NCBI GenBank assembly: GCA_964408625.1
Contig: CAYPAA010000001.1
Location: 63,860-127,859 of the forward strand
Origin: an uncultured Roseburia sp.
Lineage (GTDB): Bacteria > Bacillota > Clostridia > Lachnospirales > Lachnospiraceae
Direction of reading: 5' to 3'
Length of the DNA stretch: 64,000 bases
The notes beneath the pieces were generated by a model. That model made no database searches. It saw nothing but the letters and a program-made list of their open reading frames with translations, and was not told where the DNA came from. Positions 1-7,801 of this stretch are shown in pieces. Position numbers and translations under genes: made by a program. Every line of letters begins with the position of its first letter. Position 1 is the first letter of the stretch.

Positions 1-8
1 TAAGATTA

Positions 9-38
9 TACGACTGTCGTACTACGCCTGTCGTAGTA
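9..38. promoter_or_regulatory. Tandem palindromic operator-like sites TACGACTGTCGTA (9-21) and TACGCCTGTCGTA (23-35)
   Basis: Two 13-bp imperfect palindromes with a 14-bp period, just downstream of a minus-strand promoter. Confidence 0.45.
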
Positions 39-67
39 AATATATAACAGGGAGATTTCTTTGTCAA
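39..67 (-). promoter_or_regulatory. Divergent sigma-A-type promoter for an out-of-window gene
   Basis: TTGACA (67-62), 17 nt, TATATT (44-39) on the minus strand. Confidence 0.5.
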
Positions 68-104
68 GTAATTTTCTGTTTTTTGACAAAAAGCTGAAAA
101 ACAC

Positions 105-133
105 TTGACTTTACGGTACTTAGATGCTAATAT
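105..133 (+). promoter_or_regulatory. sigma-A promoter of the rplU operon
   Basis: TTGACT, 17 nt, TAATAT with TG extended -10. Confidence 0.7.
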
Positions 134-138
134 ATCAA

Positions 139-217
139 GGTATGCCGCACAGCGAGGTTTTAAGTCGTGTATTTGCGACACCGTAGTTGGCGAGTAATGA
201 TAATAGGAGGTGCCATT
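139..217 (+). ncRNA. L21 ribosomal protein leader (cis-regulatory RNA)
   Basis: GC-rich leader (TATGCCGCAC...GGCGAG) between the promoter and the rplU RBS; position typical of the Firmicute L21 leader. Confidence 0.6.
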
Positions 218-526
218 ATGTACGCAATTATAGCAACAGGTGGTAAGCAGTACAAAGTATCTGAAGGCGATATCATTACCATTGAAAAGCTTGGTGTAGA
301 AGCTGGTGAAAAGGTTACTTTTGATCAGGTTTTAGCTGTCAGCGATAAGGGATTAAAGGTTGGTAATCCTACAGTTGAGGGCGCTACTGTAGAAGCTTCT
401 GTAGTAAAAGAGGGCAGAGGTAAAAAGGTAATCGTTTACAAGTACAAGAGAAAGACTGGCTATCACAAGAAGAACGGTCATAGACAGGCGTTCACTCAAG
501 TACAGATTAATAAGATTAATGGATAA
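218..526 (+). CDS. rplU: 50S ribosomal protein L21
   Basis: [14 protein letters not shown]...GHRQ; RBS AGGAGG before ATG 218. Confidence 0.98.
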   Translation: MYAIIATGGKQYKVSEGDIITIEKLGVEAGEKVTFDQVLAVSDKGLKVGNPTVEGATVEASVVKEGRGKKVIVYKYKRKTGYHKKNGHRQAFTQVQINKING

Positions 527-542
527 TCGATAGGAAATTGTT

Positions 543-911
543 ATGATTACAATAACGATTTTTCAAAACCAAGAGCAAAATGTAGGTCTGGAATCATTCG
601 GACATGCGCAGTTTGCAGAAGCGGGAAAAGACATTGTATGTGCGGCTGTTTCTATTCTTGTGATAAACACAATTAACAGTATTGAACAGTTCACAGAAGA
701 TGGCATGACGCTTGATGTGAAAAATCCGGATGCAACAGGAATTGTTTCAAAGCACTTCAAAAAACATAACAATAACTATATAAAATTTATGTTAACGGAA
801 GATGTTTCGAGAGAATCAAAAGTGTTGATGGATTCGTTGGTTTTGGGCTTGGAAGAAATTAATAAGCAATACGGTGATTCGTATCTTACACTAAATTTTA
901 GGGAGGTGTAA
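543..911 (+). CDS. prp: Ribosomal-processing cysteine protease Prp (YsxB)
   Basis: GHA...DIVCAAVS motif; lies between rplU and rpmA. Confidence 0.92.
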   Translation: MITITIFQNQEQNVGLESFGHAQFAEAGKDIVCAAVSILVINTINSIEQFTEDGMTLDVKNPDATGIVSKHFKKHNNNYIKFMLTEDVSRESKVLMDSLVLGLEEINKQYGDSYLTLNFREV

Positions 912-913
912 CC

Positions 914-1204
914 ATGTTAAAGTTGAATCTTCAATTTTTCGCTCACAAGAAGGGTGTTGGTTCTACAAAGAACGGACGTGATTCTGAGTCTAAGAGATTA
1001 GGCGCTAAGAGAGCTGACGGACAATTTGTTAAGGCCGGAAACATCCTTTACAGACAGCGTGGCACAAAAATTCATCCTGGTACTAACGTAGGTATCGGTG
1101 GTGATGATACATTATATGCATTGACGGATGGTGTGCTTCGTTTTGAAAGAAAGGGTCGCGATAAGAAGCAGGCTAGTGTTTATCCGGTAGCAAGCGAAAA
1201 CTAG
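914..1204 (+). CDS. rpmA: 50S ribosomal protein L27 with Prp-cleaved N-terminal extension
   Basis: [24 protein letters not shown]. Confidence 0.98.
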   Translation: MLKLNLQFFAHKKGVGSTKNGRDSESKRLGAKRADGQFVKAGNILYRQRGTKIHPGTNVGIGGDDTLYALTDGVLRFERKGRDKKQASVYPVASEN

Positions 1205-1215
1205 GATATTTTTTT

Positions 1216-1252
1216 GTAGACTCGACTAAGTTGTTTAGCCGAGTCTACTTTT
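1216..1252 (+). terminator. Intrinsic terminator after rpmA
   Basis: GTAGACTCGACTAA...TTAGCCGAGTCTAC stem followed by TTTT. Confidence 0.7.
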
Positions 1253-1302
1253 ATATTTTCAAATAGTTTCTTAGACAGTTAAGAAACATTATGAGGTGTA
1301 TT

Positions 1303-2589
1303 ATGTTTGCAGATCGCGCAAAAATTATAATTAAATCAGGAAAAGGCGGCGACGGTCATGTGAGCTTTCGACGTGAAAAATATGTGCCAAACGGCGGGCC
1401 GGACGGTGGTGACGGTGGAAAAGGCGGCGATATCATTTTTCAGGTTGACGAAGGCTTAAATACCTTAACCGATTATCGACATAAAAGAAAATTTGCTGCT
1501 CGCCCGGGGGAAGAAGGTGGCAAGAAGAAATGCCATGGAAAAAATGGCGAGGATTTGGTTTTGAAAGTTCCGGAGGGAACCGTGATCAAGGATGCAGAAT
1601 CCGGTAAAGTGATTGCGGATATGTCCGGAGATAATAAGCGTCAAATTATATTACAAGGTGGCAAAGGTGGCCTTGGCAATCAACACTTTGCGACGTCAAC
1701 AATGCAGGCTCCGAAATACGCGCAGCCCGGGGGAGAGGCAATTGAGATCGAAGTTTTACTTGAACTGAAAGTGATTGCGGATGTTGGTCTTGTCGGCTTC
1801 CCGAATGTTGGAAAATCCACCTTTTTATCGAGAGTTACCAATGCACAGCCGAAAATCGCCAACTATCATTTTACAACATTAAATCCAAACCTCGGTGTGG
1901 TTGACTTTGAAGGTGCCAGCGGATTTGTGATTGCAGATATCCCGGGATTAATCGAAGGTGCCTCAGAAGGTGTTGGGCTTGGGCATGAGTTCCTTCGTCA
2001 TATCGAGAGAACTAAGGTCATTATTCATATGGTAGACGGCGCGTCCGTTGAAGGAAGGGACCCGCTTCAGGATATTCTTGCGATAAACAAGGAACTGGAG
2101 GCATATGATTCGGAGATTCTAAATAAACCACAGGTCATTGCGGCAAACAAGATGGATGTCTGTATGGAAGGGCAGGAGGAAATTGTTCAAAAGCTGCGAG
2201 AGTATTTTAAACCGCAAGGCATTGAGGTGTTTGCAATCTCTGCAGTGAGTGGACAAGGCGTACAAGAATTGTTAGGTCATGTCATGTCGCTTTTACAACA
2301 GTGTCCATCCGAAGTGAAGGTGTACGAGCCTGAATTTGACCCATCGCTGCAGATGTTTAGAGATGAACCATTTACCGTGGAGTATCATGCAGAGGACGAG
2401 GAATATGTGGTAGAGGGTCCAAGAATTGAAAAGATGCTCGGATATACCAATATCGATTCGGAAAAAGGATTCCTGTTTTTCCAACGTTTCCTGAAAGAGC
2501 AGGGGATTTTAGACCAATTAGAAGAGTTGGGAATCGAAGAAGGCGATTCTGTTCGCATGTATGGCCTTGTGTTCAATTATTATAAGTAG
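1303..2589 (+). CDS. obgE: GTPase ObgE/CgtA
   Basis: Gly-rich Obg fold GGPDGGDGG; G1 GFPNVGKS, DIPG, NKMD; C-terminal OCT domain. Confidence 0.97.
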   Translation: MFADRAKIIIKSGKGGDGHVSFRREKYVPNGGPDGGDGGKGGDIIFQVDEGLNTLTDYRHKRKFAARPGEEGGKKKCHGKNGEDLVLKVPEGTVIKDAESGKVIADMSGDNKRQIILQGGKGGLGNQHFATSTMQAPKYAQPGGEAIEIEVLLELKVIADVGLVGFPNVGKSTFLSRVTNAQPKIANYHFTTLNPNLGVVDFEGASGFVIADIPGLIEGASEGVGLGHEFLRHIERTKVIIHMVDGASVEGRDPLQDILAINKELEAYDSEILNKPQVIAANKMDVCMEGQEEIVQKLREYFKPQGIEVFAISAVSGQGVQELLGHVMSLLQQCPSEVKVYEPEFDPSLQMFRDEPFTVEYHAEDEEYVVEGPRIEKMLGYTNIDSEKGFLFFQRFLKEQGILDQLEELGIEEGDSVRMYGLVFNYYK

Positions 2590-2602
2590 GAGAGTAGTGA
2601 GT

Positions 2603-2890
2603 GTGAATAACAAACAGAGAGCATATTTGTCAGGACTGGCATCAAAAATGTCGCCCATTTTTCAGATCGGAAAGGCTTCACTTACACCTGAGATTATTCA
2701 AGCAGTAGATGAAGCTCTTGAGAAAAGAGAATTAATTAAGATTTCCGTATTAAAGAACTGTTTCGATGATCCTAAAGCGATAGCTGAAACCATGGCGGAA
2801 AGAACACATTCGGACATTGTTCGCGTGATCGGGAAAAAGATTATTCTTTATCGTCCGGCGAAAAAGTCGCAGATTGCATTGCCAAAGTAA
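2603..2890 (+). CDS. yhbY: Ribosome assembly RNA-binding protein YhbY (CRM domain)
   Basis: KQRAYL...FQIGK...RELIKISVL...VIGKKIILYR; GTG start after AGGAG. Confidence 0.92.
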   Translation: MNNKQRAYLSGLASKMSPIFQIGKASLTPEIIQAVDEALEKRELIKISVLKNCFDDPKAIAETMAERTHSDIVRVIGKKIILYRPAKKSQIALPK

Positions 2891-2902
2891 AGAGGTGATT
2901 TT

Positions 2903-4111
2903 TTGAGACGAGTTGGAATTCTTGGTGGTACCTTTAACCCGATTCACAATGCGCATTTATCGATTGCAAATGCTGCTTATGAACAATTTTCTTTGGATGA
3001 AGTATGGTTTATGCCGGCAGGCATACCTCCGCATAAAAATGTTTCGGAGCATGTGTCTGCGGAGCTTCGGATGGAAATGGTAGAAAAAGCAATCAAATCG
3101 TATCCTCAGTTTCAAGTATGCGATATTGAGGTGAAAAAGACAAAACCATGTTACTCGTGGGAAACATTGAAAGAATTACATCAGATTTATGGGAATGATG
3201 TAAAGTTTTATCTTATTATCGGTGCAGATTCTTTATATGGCTTTCACACGTGGAAAAAGCCACAGAAGATATGTAAATATGCAGATATCCTCGTTGCAAA
3301 ACGCCCCGGAGATAATGATGATATAACGGAGAGTTTTGTTGAGGAACTGCGTTCATGTGAAAATGAATTTGGCAATCATTTTGATGAGATTGTGTCAGAT
3401 GAAATCAATATTTCCTCTACTGCGTTGCGCGAATCAATCTATTGTGGAAAAGATGTCTCGAAGCAAATACCGGAGAGCGTACAAAAAATCATTAAAGAAC
3501 ATCACTTATATCAAAGGATCTACTTATTGAACGAACTATCAACAATGCAACTGCATTTAAAAGAAGAACTAAAAACTGATCGATACACGCATACCCTTGG
3601 TGTGATGTATACAGCAGCCAATTTGGCATTCCTATATGAATATCCATACGAAAATGCTATGGTAGCCGGTCTGTTACATGATTGCGCAAAATGTTTATCT
3701 GATGAAGAACGCATTCGGATTTGTAAGGAAAACAATATAAAGATGTCTGCGGTGGAAAAGGAACATCCGCATTTATTGCATGGCAAGGTTGGTGCCTATT
3801 TGGCAAGGGAACAGTACGGCGTGACAGATGAGGCAATCCAACATGCGATAACTGTTCATACAACAGGATGTGTTAGAATGTCTCTGTTGGATAAGATTAT
3901 TTTTGTTGCCGATTATATAGAGCCAAAGCGCAACAAGGCGCCAAGATTACATGAAATCCGAAGGATGGCATATATCGATTTGGACTATTGTGTATATATG
4001 ATTTTGGAAGACACCATGACATATCTGAACCTGAGTCCGGATGCTGTGGACCAAACGACAAAGGAAACGTTTGCGTACTATGAAAAGAAAATAAAAGAAA
4101 GAGAGAAATAA
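2903..4111 (+). CDS. nadD: Fused nicotinate-nucleotide adenylyltransferase NadD and HD-domain Ap4A hydrolase YqeK
   Basis: N-half GGTFNPIHNAH...ISSTALR; C-half RYTHTLGV...GLLHDCAK...LLHG...HTTG...FVADYIEP. Confidence 0.9.
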   Translation: MRRVGILGGTFNPIHNAHLSIANAAYEQFSLDEVWFMPAGIPPHKNVSEHVSAELRMEMVEKAIKSYPQFQVCDIEVKKTKPCYSWETLKELHQIYGNDVKFYLIIGADSLYGFHTWKKPQKICKYADILVAKRPGDNDDITESFVEELRSCENEFGNHFDEIVSDEINISSTALRESIYCGKDVSKQIPESVQKIIKEHHLYQRIYLLNELSTMQLHLKEELKTDRYTHTLGVMYTAANLAFLYEYPYENAMVAGLLHDCAKCLSDEERIRICKENNIKMSAVEKEHPHLLHGKVGAYLAREQYGVTDEAIQHAITVHTTGCVRMSLLDKIIFVADYIEPKRNKAPRLHEIRRMAYIDLDYCVYMILEDTMTYLNLSPDAVDQTTKETFAYYEKKIKEREK

Positions 4112-4112
4112 T

Positions 4113-4463
4113 ATGAAAGATATCAAAGAGATTGTTGCTTTAATATGTAAAGCATTAGATAACAAGAAAGCAGAAGATATCAAAGTGATTGATATTCATG
4201 GCGTTTCTGTTATGGCGGATTACTTTGTTGTAGCCAGTGCAGACAACCATAACAAGCTCGTTGCCATGCAAAATGAAGTTGATAAAGTACTTCATGAAAA
4301 TGGTATTCATGCAAAACAAGTCGAGGGAAACCGAAACTCAACTTGGATTTTGATGGATTATGAGGATGTCATCGTTCATTTGTTCTCCGCAGAAGATCGT
4401 TTATTCTATAATTTAGAAAGAATCTGGCAGGATGGATCAATTTTAGACCCTGCAGATTTCTAA
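4113..4463 (+). CDS. rsfS: Ribosome silencing factor RsfS (Iojap)
   Basis: KKAEDI...ADYFVVAS...WILMDYEDVIVHLF...FYNLERIW. Confidence 0.96.
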   Translation: MKDIKEIVALICKALDNKKAEDIKVIDIHGVSVMADYFVVASADNHNKLVAMQNEVDKVLHENGIHAKQVEGNRNSTWILMDYEDVIVHLFSAEDRLFYNLERIWQDGSILDPADF

Positions 4464-5525
4464 TCATTTATCCTTACGATAATTGACTGCATTTGCTGCC
4501 TGACGTTTGTGTTCATCCTCCATGGCAGCATAATATTCGATTGTGGTATTGATATTTTCGTGGCCAAGCACATCGGCCACGAGGCGAATATCACCTGTTT
4601 CGCGGTATAAAGCAGTTCCGTATGTACTCCTCAATTTGTGAGGAGTAATTTTTTTGTTTGGAACCACCATTTTTGCGTATTTTTTTACCAGGTTTTCTAT
4701 GGAATCCACACTGATACGTTTTCCCTGCAAGGAATAGAAGAGAGCATCCTCATGACCATCAATCGGGGTTATCAAAGCTCTCTCTGTGCAGATATAGTCA
4801 TCCAAAACGCGGTTGATTTCATCATTAAAATACAAAACATCCTGACCGCCACCTTTTCGTACAATAATCATAGAATTGCCACGGAAATCAATGTCTGTAA
4901 GATCCAAACCGGTACACTCCGACACACGAATCCCGGTTCCAAGCATCAATGTAAGAATAGCTAAGTCGCGTTTTTGTGTCTTCTGGCAGTATTTGCGTTG
5001 ACGTTCAGACATGGTTGCCGTACCGTTTTCAATGGCATCTAAAATGGCTTGAACCTCGTAATTTTCCATACGGACAATGTTTTTATCTTTTTTTAATTTT
5101 GGTAATTTGACGAGTATCATCGGATTATCATCAATCAGTTTTCGCTCATATAAATATAGGAAAAATCCTCGTAAAGGAGACATTTTACGAGCAATCGATT
5201 TTTTTCCGTTCTCATGCATTTCACCGTCCACATTAAGTTCTAAATAGCGTTGAAATTCAATAATGTCATCCGATTTGATTTGAGAAAATTCTTTTAGGGT
5301 TAAATCCTTGATTGCGGTGTCTTTTAAAGCAGGGTTCTGAGCCACCAAAAAACGGAAAAATGTCAATAAATCATAAGAATATGAAATTAAAGTGCTGGTT
5401 TGAACGCCCAGTTCCTTGCTGTAGATGTAATCTGCAGCATATCTTGGAAGTTCTGAAAGAAGCTGGCGCAGTTTCACTTTTTGTGTTTTTGATTTTTCTT
5501 TATAATACTGTGAATCTTTTCCCAT
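4464..5525 (-). CDS. Tyrosine recombinase, XerS-like
   Basis: Catalytic motifs GIRVSE, RKGG, HKLR, LGH, Y intact; 353 aa; N-terminal and pre-RD segments resemble streptococcal XerS as recalled. Confidence 0.88.
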   Translation of the reverse strand: MGKDSQYYKEKSKTQKVKLRQLLSELPRYAADYIYSKELGVQTSTLISYSYDLLTFFRFLVAQNPALKDTAIKDLTLKEFSQIKSDDIIEFQRYLELNVDGEMHENGKKSIARKMSPLRGFFLYLYERKLIDDNPMILVKLPKLKKDKNIVRMENYEVQAILDAIENGTATMSERQRKYCQKTQKRDLAILTLMLGTGIRVSECTGLDLTDIDFRGNSMIIVRKGGGQDVLYFNDEINRVLDDYICTERALITPIDGHEDALFYSLQGKRISVDSIENLVKKYAKMVVPNKKITPHKLRSTYGTALYRETGDIRLVADVLGHENINTTIEYYAAMEDEHKRQAANAVNYRKDK

Positions 5526-5666
5526 AATTTATACCTCAAATCATATAAAGACAGCGAACTGTTTATTGTATAAGAATTATATATATTATACCACGTCGAC
5601 TGACGTCTCCGTGCGGGCATTCGCCTTATAGAGTTCCCTGTGCATGCACAGAGTTCTGCAAGTCTC

Positions 5667-5695
5667 ATTATACCATATCTTGAACATTATTGCAA
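5667..5695 (-). promoter_or_regulatory. sigma-A promoter of the recombinase gene
   Basis: TTGCAA (5695-5690), 17 nt, TATAAT (5672-5667) with TG extended -10. Confidence 0.7.
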
Positions 5696-5706
5696 TAATG
5701 TTCGGA
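5679..5706. other. Candidate dif-like recombination site TCCGAACATTA-TTGCAA-TAATGTTCAAG (minus reading)
   Basis: Perfect 22-bp palindrome at 5682-5703; 11-6-11 layout; right arm matches the E. coli XerD arm TTATGTTAAAT at 8/11; next to the recombinase at the gene-strand switch. Confidence 0.55.
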
Positions 5707-5777
5707 AAAACAGATATTTAACCGATAGTTAAGTTTTAGATGATTACACTTCTATTGCTGTATATTGTTTTGATTGT

Positions 5778-5811
5778 AAAAAAGCACTTGATTTTTCCTA
5801 AGTGCTTTTTT
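5778..5811. terminator. Bidirectional intrinsic terminator-like hairpin
   Basis: AAAAAAGCACTT...AAGTGCTTTTTT. Confidence 0.65.
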
Positions 5812-5843
5812 AGTTTCACTGAAATGTCTCCTTAATATGATTT

Positions 5844-5877
5844 AAAAAAAACAGACTGATATTGATTTATCAGTCTG
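5844..5877 (-). terminator. Terminator of plsC
   Basis: CAGACTGATA-6-TATCAGTCTG stem followed by a T8 run on the minus strand. Confidence 0.7.
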
Positions 5878-6592
5878 CATCTACACCAAATTCCTTCATC
5901 TTATCGATGATTCTTTGACGAACCATAACCGCAATGTCAGGTGTTTTCATATCTTTATAATCATCATAAAAAATCGGTTCCAAAAAAACAACTTTTGTTG
6001 TAACTGGGCCAAGTGAAAAACTGTTAAAAGGCTTGTAGGAATCAATCAGGGCAACCGGCACAATTGGCGTTTGCGAACGAATAACACATTTAAAACTACC
6101 GGGCTTAAAGCGCTGTACTTTGTTACGATTTTTGTCATAACCACCTTCAGAGAATAAAATATATCTCTTCCCCTGCTTTACTTCTTCTGTAATTTCATTG
6201 ATAATCGTCAGATTCTGTCTGACATTATCAAGTTCAAGCCGCTTTGCACCAAGCATATCGACCAATTCTTTTACCAAAAAGGAATTGGATTTGGCCTTGT
6301 CCATAACAAAAGAACATGGTTGCTGATGGGCATATATTATGCCAAGAGCATCGTATTTGCCTTGATGATTTGGAAACATAACGTATCCGCCCTCTTTTGG
6401 TAAATTCTCATGTCCATATACTTCTGTCTTAATCTTGCCGGAGGCTTTCATATAGTTAATCAACTTTTGAGCAAATGTATATCGGACCTGTTCTGAGTAA
6501 CGTTCCGGATGCCGAAACATCTTACGCATTTTAGGAATAAGATATGGTGCTCGCTTCATATTGGCAATAATTACAAGTAAAAAACGAAACAT
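5870..6592 (-). CDS. plsC: 1-acyl-sn-glycerol-3-phosphate acyltransferase
   Basis: NHQGKYD (HX4D), FSEGG, FKPG, PIVPVAL; RBS before ATG 6592. Confidence 0.88.
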   Translation of the reverse strand: MFRFLLVIIANMKRAPYLIPKMRKMFRHPERYSEQVRYTFAQKLINYMKASGKIKTEVYGHENLPKEGGYVMFPNHQGKYDALGIIYAHQQPCSFVMDKAKSNSFLVKELVDMLGAKRLELDNVRQNLTIINEITEEVKQGKRYILFSEGGYDKNRNKVQRFKPGSFKCVIRSQTPIVPVALIDSYKPFNSFSLGPVTTKVVFLEPIFYDDYKDMKTPDIAVMVRQRIIDKMKEFGVDAD

Positions 6593-6669
6593 AACTGCTA
6601 CATCTCCCTTATTTGCTATATAAATTATAATAATTTTAGGGAGAAAAAACAACCTACTTGTCCTAAAAA

Positions 6670-7017
6670 CTACTTGATTTCTGCAGAGTAATATGGAATG
6701 GTAAGGTATTCTCCGGAGTGAATCTTCTCACCCTGAATATGGTTAATCTTTTTGACCTCAGATATGTATGTTTCTTTATTTGAATAATGACTACCATATT
6801 TCTCAGCAATTGCCCAAAGGGAATCTCCGTCCTGAATTTCAATACTTGTATAGTATTTGTACATTGCGTGATCTTCTTTTGCGTTTGATGTCACAACAAA
6901 AGCACAAGTAACAACAACTACCATTACAAACATCATCATTCCCAAAAACATATTTCTCTTTAAAAGCGCTACTCTTCTGCGGCTGTAATTCTTTTTTGAA
7001 TATCTTTTGTTCTTCAT
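6670..7017 (-). CDS. SOS-induced LysM membrane protein, YneA-like cell division suppressor
   Basis: Basic N-terminus, one TM segment, LysM (IQDGDSLWAIA...IHSGEYLTIP); divergent from lexA. Confidence 0.85.
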   Translation of the reverse strand: MKNKRYSKKNYSRRRVALLKRNMFLGMMMFVMVVVVTCAFVVTSNAKEDHAMYKYYTSIEIQDGDSLWAIAEKYGSHYSNKETYISEVKKINHIQGEKIHSGEYLTIPYYSAEIK

Positions 7018-7050
7018 AATATAATCTCTCTTTCTTAAAACAAACACAAT

Positions 7051-7135
7051 CGAACTTTTGTTCTGATACCATAATACAATGGGAACAAATGTTTGTCAAG
7101 TAATTTTTCGAACAAATTTTCGGAAAATATGTTTG
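7051..7135. promoter_or_regulatory. Cluster of four LexA (SOS/Cheo) boxes overlapping the divergent yneA-like/lexA promoters
   Basis: CGAACTTTTGTTCT 7051-7064, GGAACAAATGTTTG 7082-7095, CGAACAAATTTTCG 7109-7122, GGAAAATATGTTTG 7122-7135; minus-strand promoter TTGACA (7099-7094), 17 nt, TATTAT. Confidence 0.8.
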
Positions 7136-7186
7136 CTTTTTGTAAGATTATTTGATATAGTTAAGAAAAGAGAAAGGAGATGTGCT

Positions 7187-7801
7187 ATGGCATACGGTAG
7201 AATTTCGGATAAACAAAGAGAGATTTTAGAATATATGAAACAGGAGATTCTAAATAAAGGATATCCTCCTACAGTGCGTGAGTTATGTGATGCTGTTCAT
7301 CTGAAATCAACATCTTCTATCCATTCCCATTTGGAGACATTAGAAAAGAATGGTTACATTCGTCGAGATCCTTCAAAGCCTCGTGCCATTGAGATTGTCG
7401 ATGATAATTTCAATCTTACGCGCCGCGAGATGGTCAATGTGCCGATTGTCGGATCGATCGCTGCCGGTCAGCCTCTGCTGGCGATTCAAAATATCGACAA
7501 CTACTTCCCTATTCCGGCCGAGTATATGCCGAATCAAGATACTTTTATGCTTCGCGTAAAGGGAGAAAGTATGATCAATGCAGGTATTTTTGATGGAGAT
7601 GTGATTCTCATAAAGCAACAGTCGACCGCTCGCAACGGAGAGATGGTTGCGGCGCTCGTTGATGATTCTGCTACAGTTAAGACATTTTACAAAGAGGATG
7701 GTCATATCAGACTTCAGCCCGAAAATGACAATATGGACCCTATCATTGTTCCGGATTGTCAGATTCTAGGCGTTGTATTTGGTGTGTTCCGTTTCTTCTA
7801 A
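7187..7801 (+). CDS. lexA: SOS repressor LexA
   Basis: GYPPTVREL HTH, AAG cleavage site, GESM and TVK catalytic dyad; RBS AAGGAG. Confidence 0.97.
   Translation: MAYGRISDKQREILEYMKQEILNKGYPPTVRELCDAVHLKSTSSIHSHLETLEKNGYIRRDPSKPRAIEIVDDNFNLTRREMVNVPIVGSIAAGQPLLAIQNIDNYFPIPAEYMPNQDTFMLRVKGESMINAGIFDGDVILIKQQSTARNGEMVAALVDDSATVKTFYKEDGHIRLQPENDNMDPIIVPDCQILGVVFGVFRFF

Noticed and set aside
543-911. Short insertion in Prp ([19 protein letters not shown])
   Set aside because: Probably a variable loop; catalytic His/Cys motifs are intact.
4464-5525. Recombinase as a phage/ICE integrase
   Set aside because: No excisionase, cargo, tRNA target or att duplication; flanked by housekeeping genes.
5569-5596. 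Second dif-like string ACGTGGTATAA-TATATA-TAATTCTTATA resembling B. subtilis dif
   Set aside because: The right arm matches poorly (about 4/11), the sequence is low-complexity AT, and an extended -10 (TGGTATAAT) explains it; weaker than the 5679-5706 candidate.
5474-5668. 64-aa minus-strand ORF in the recombinase leader
   Set aside because: It starts inside the -10 box, has no RBS and overlaps the recombinase out of frame.
5682-5703. Palindrome as a LexA box
   Set aside because: The GAAC...GTTC spacing is 14 nt, not the 4 nt seen in the boxes at 7051-7135.
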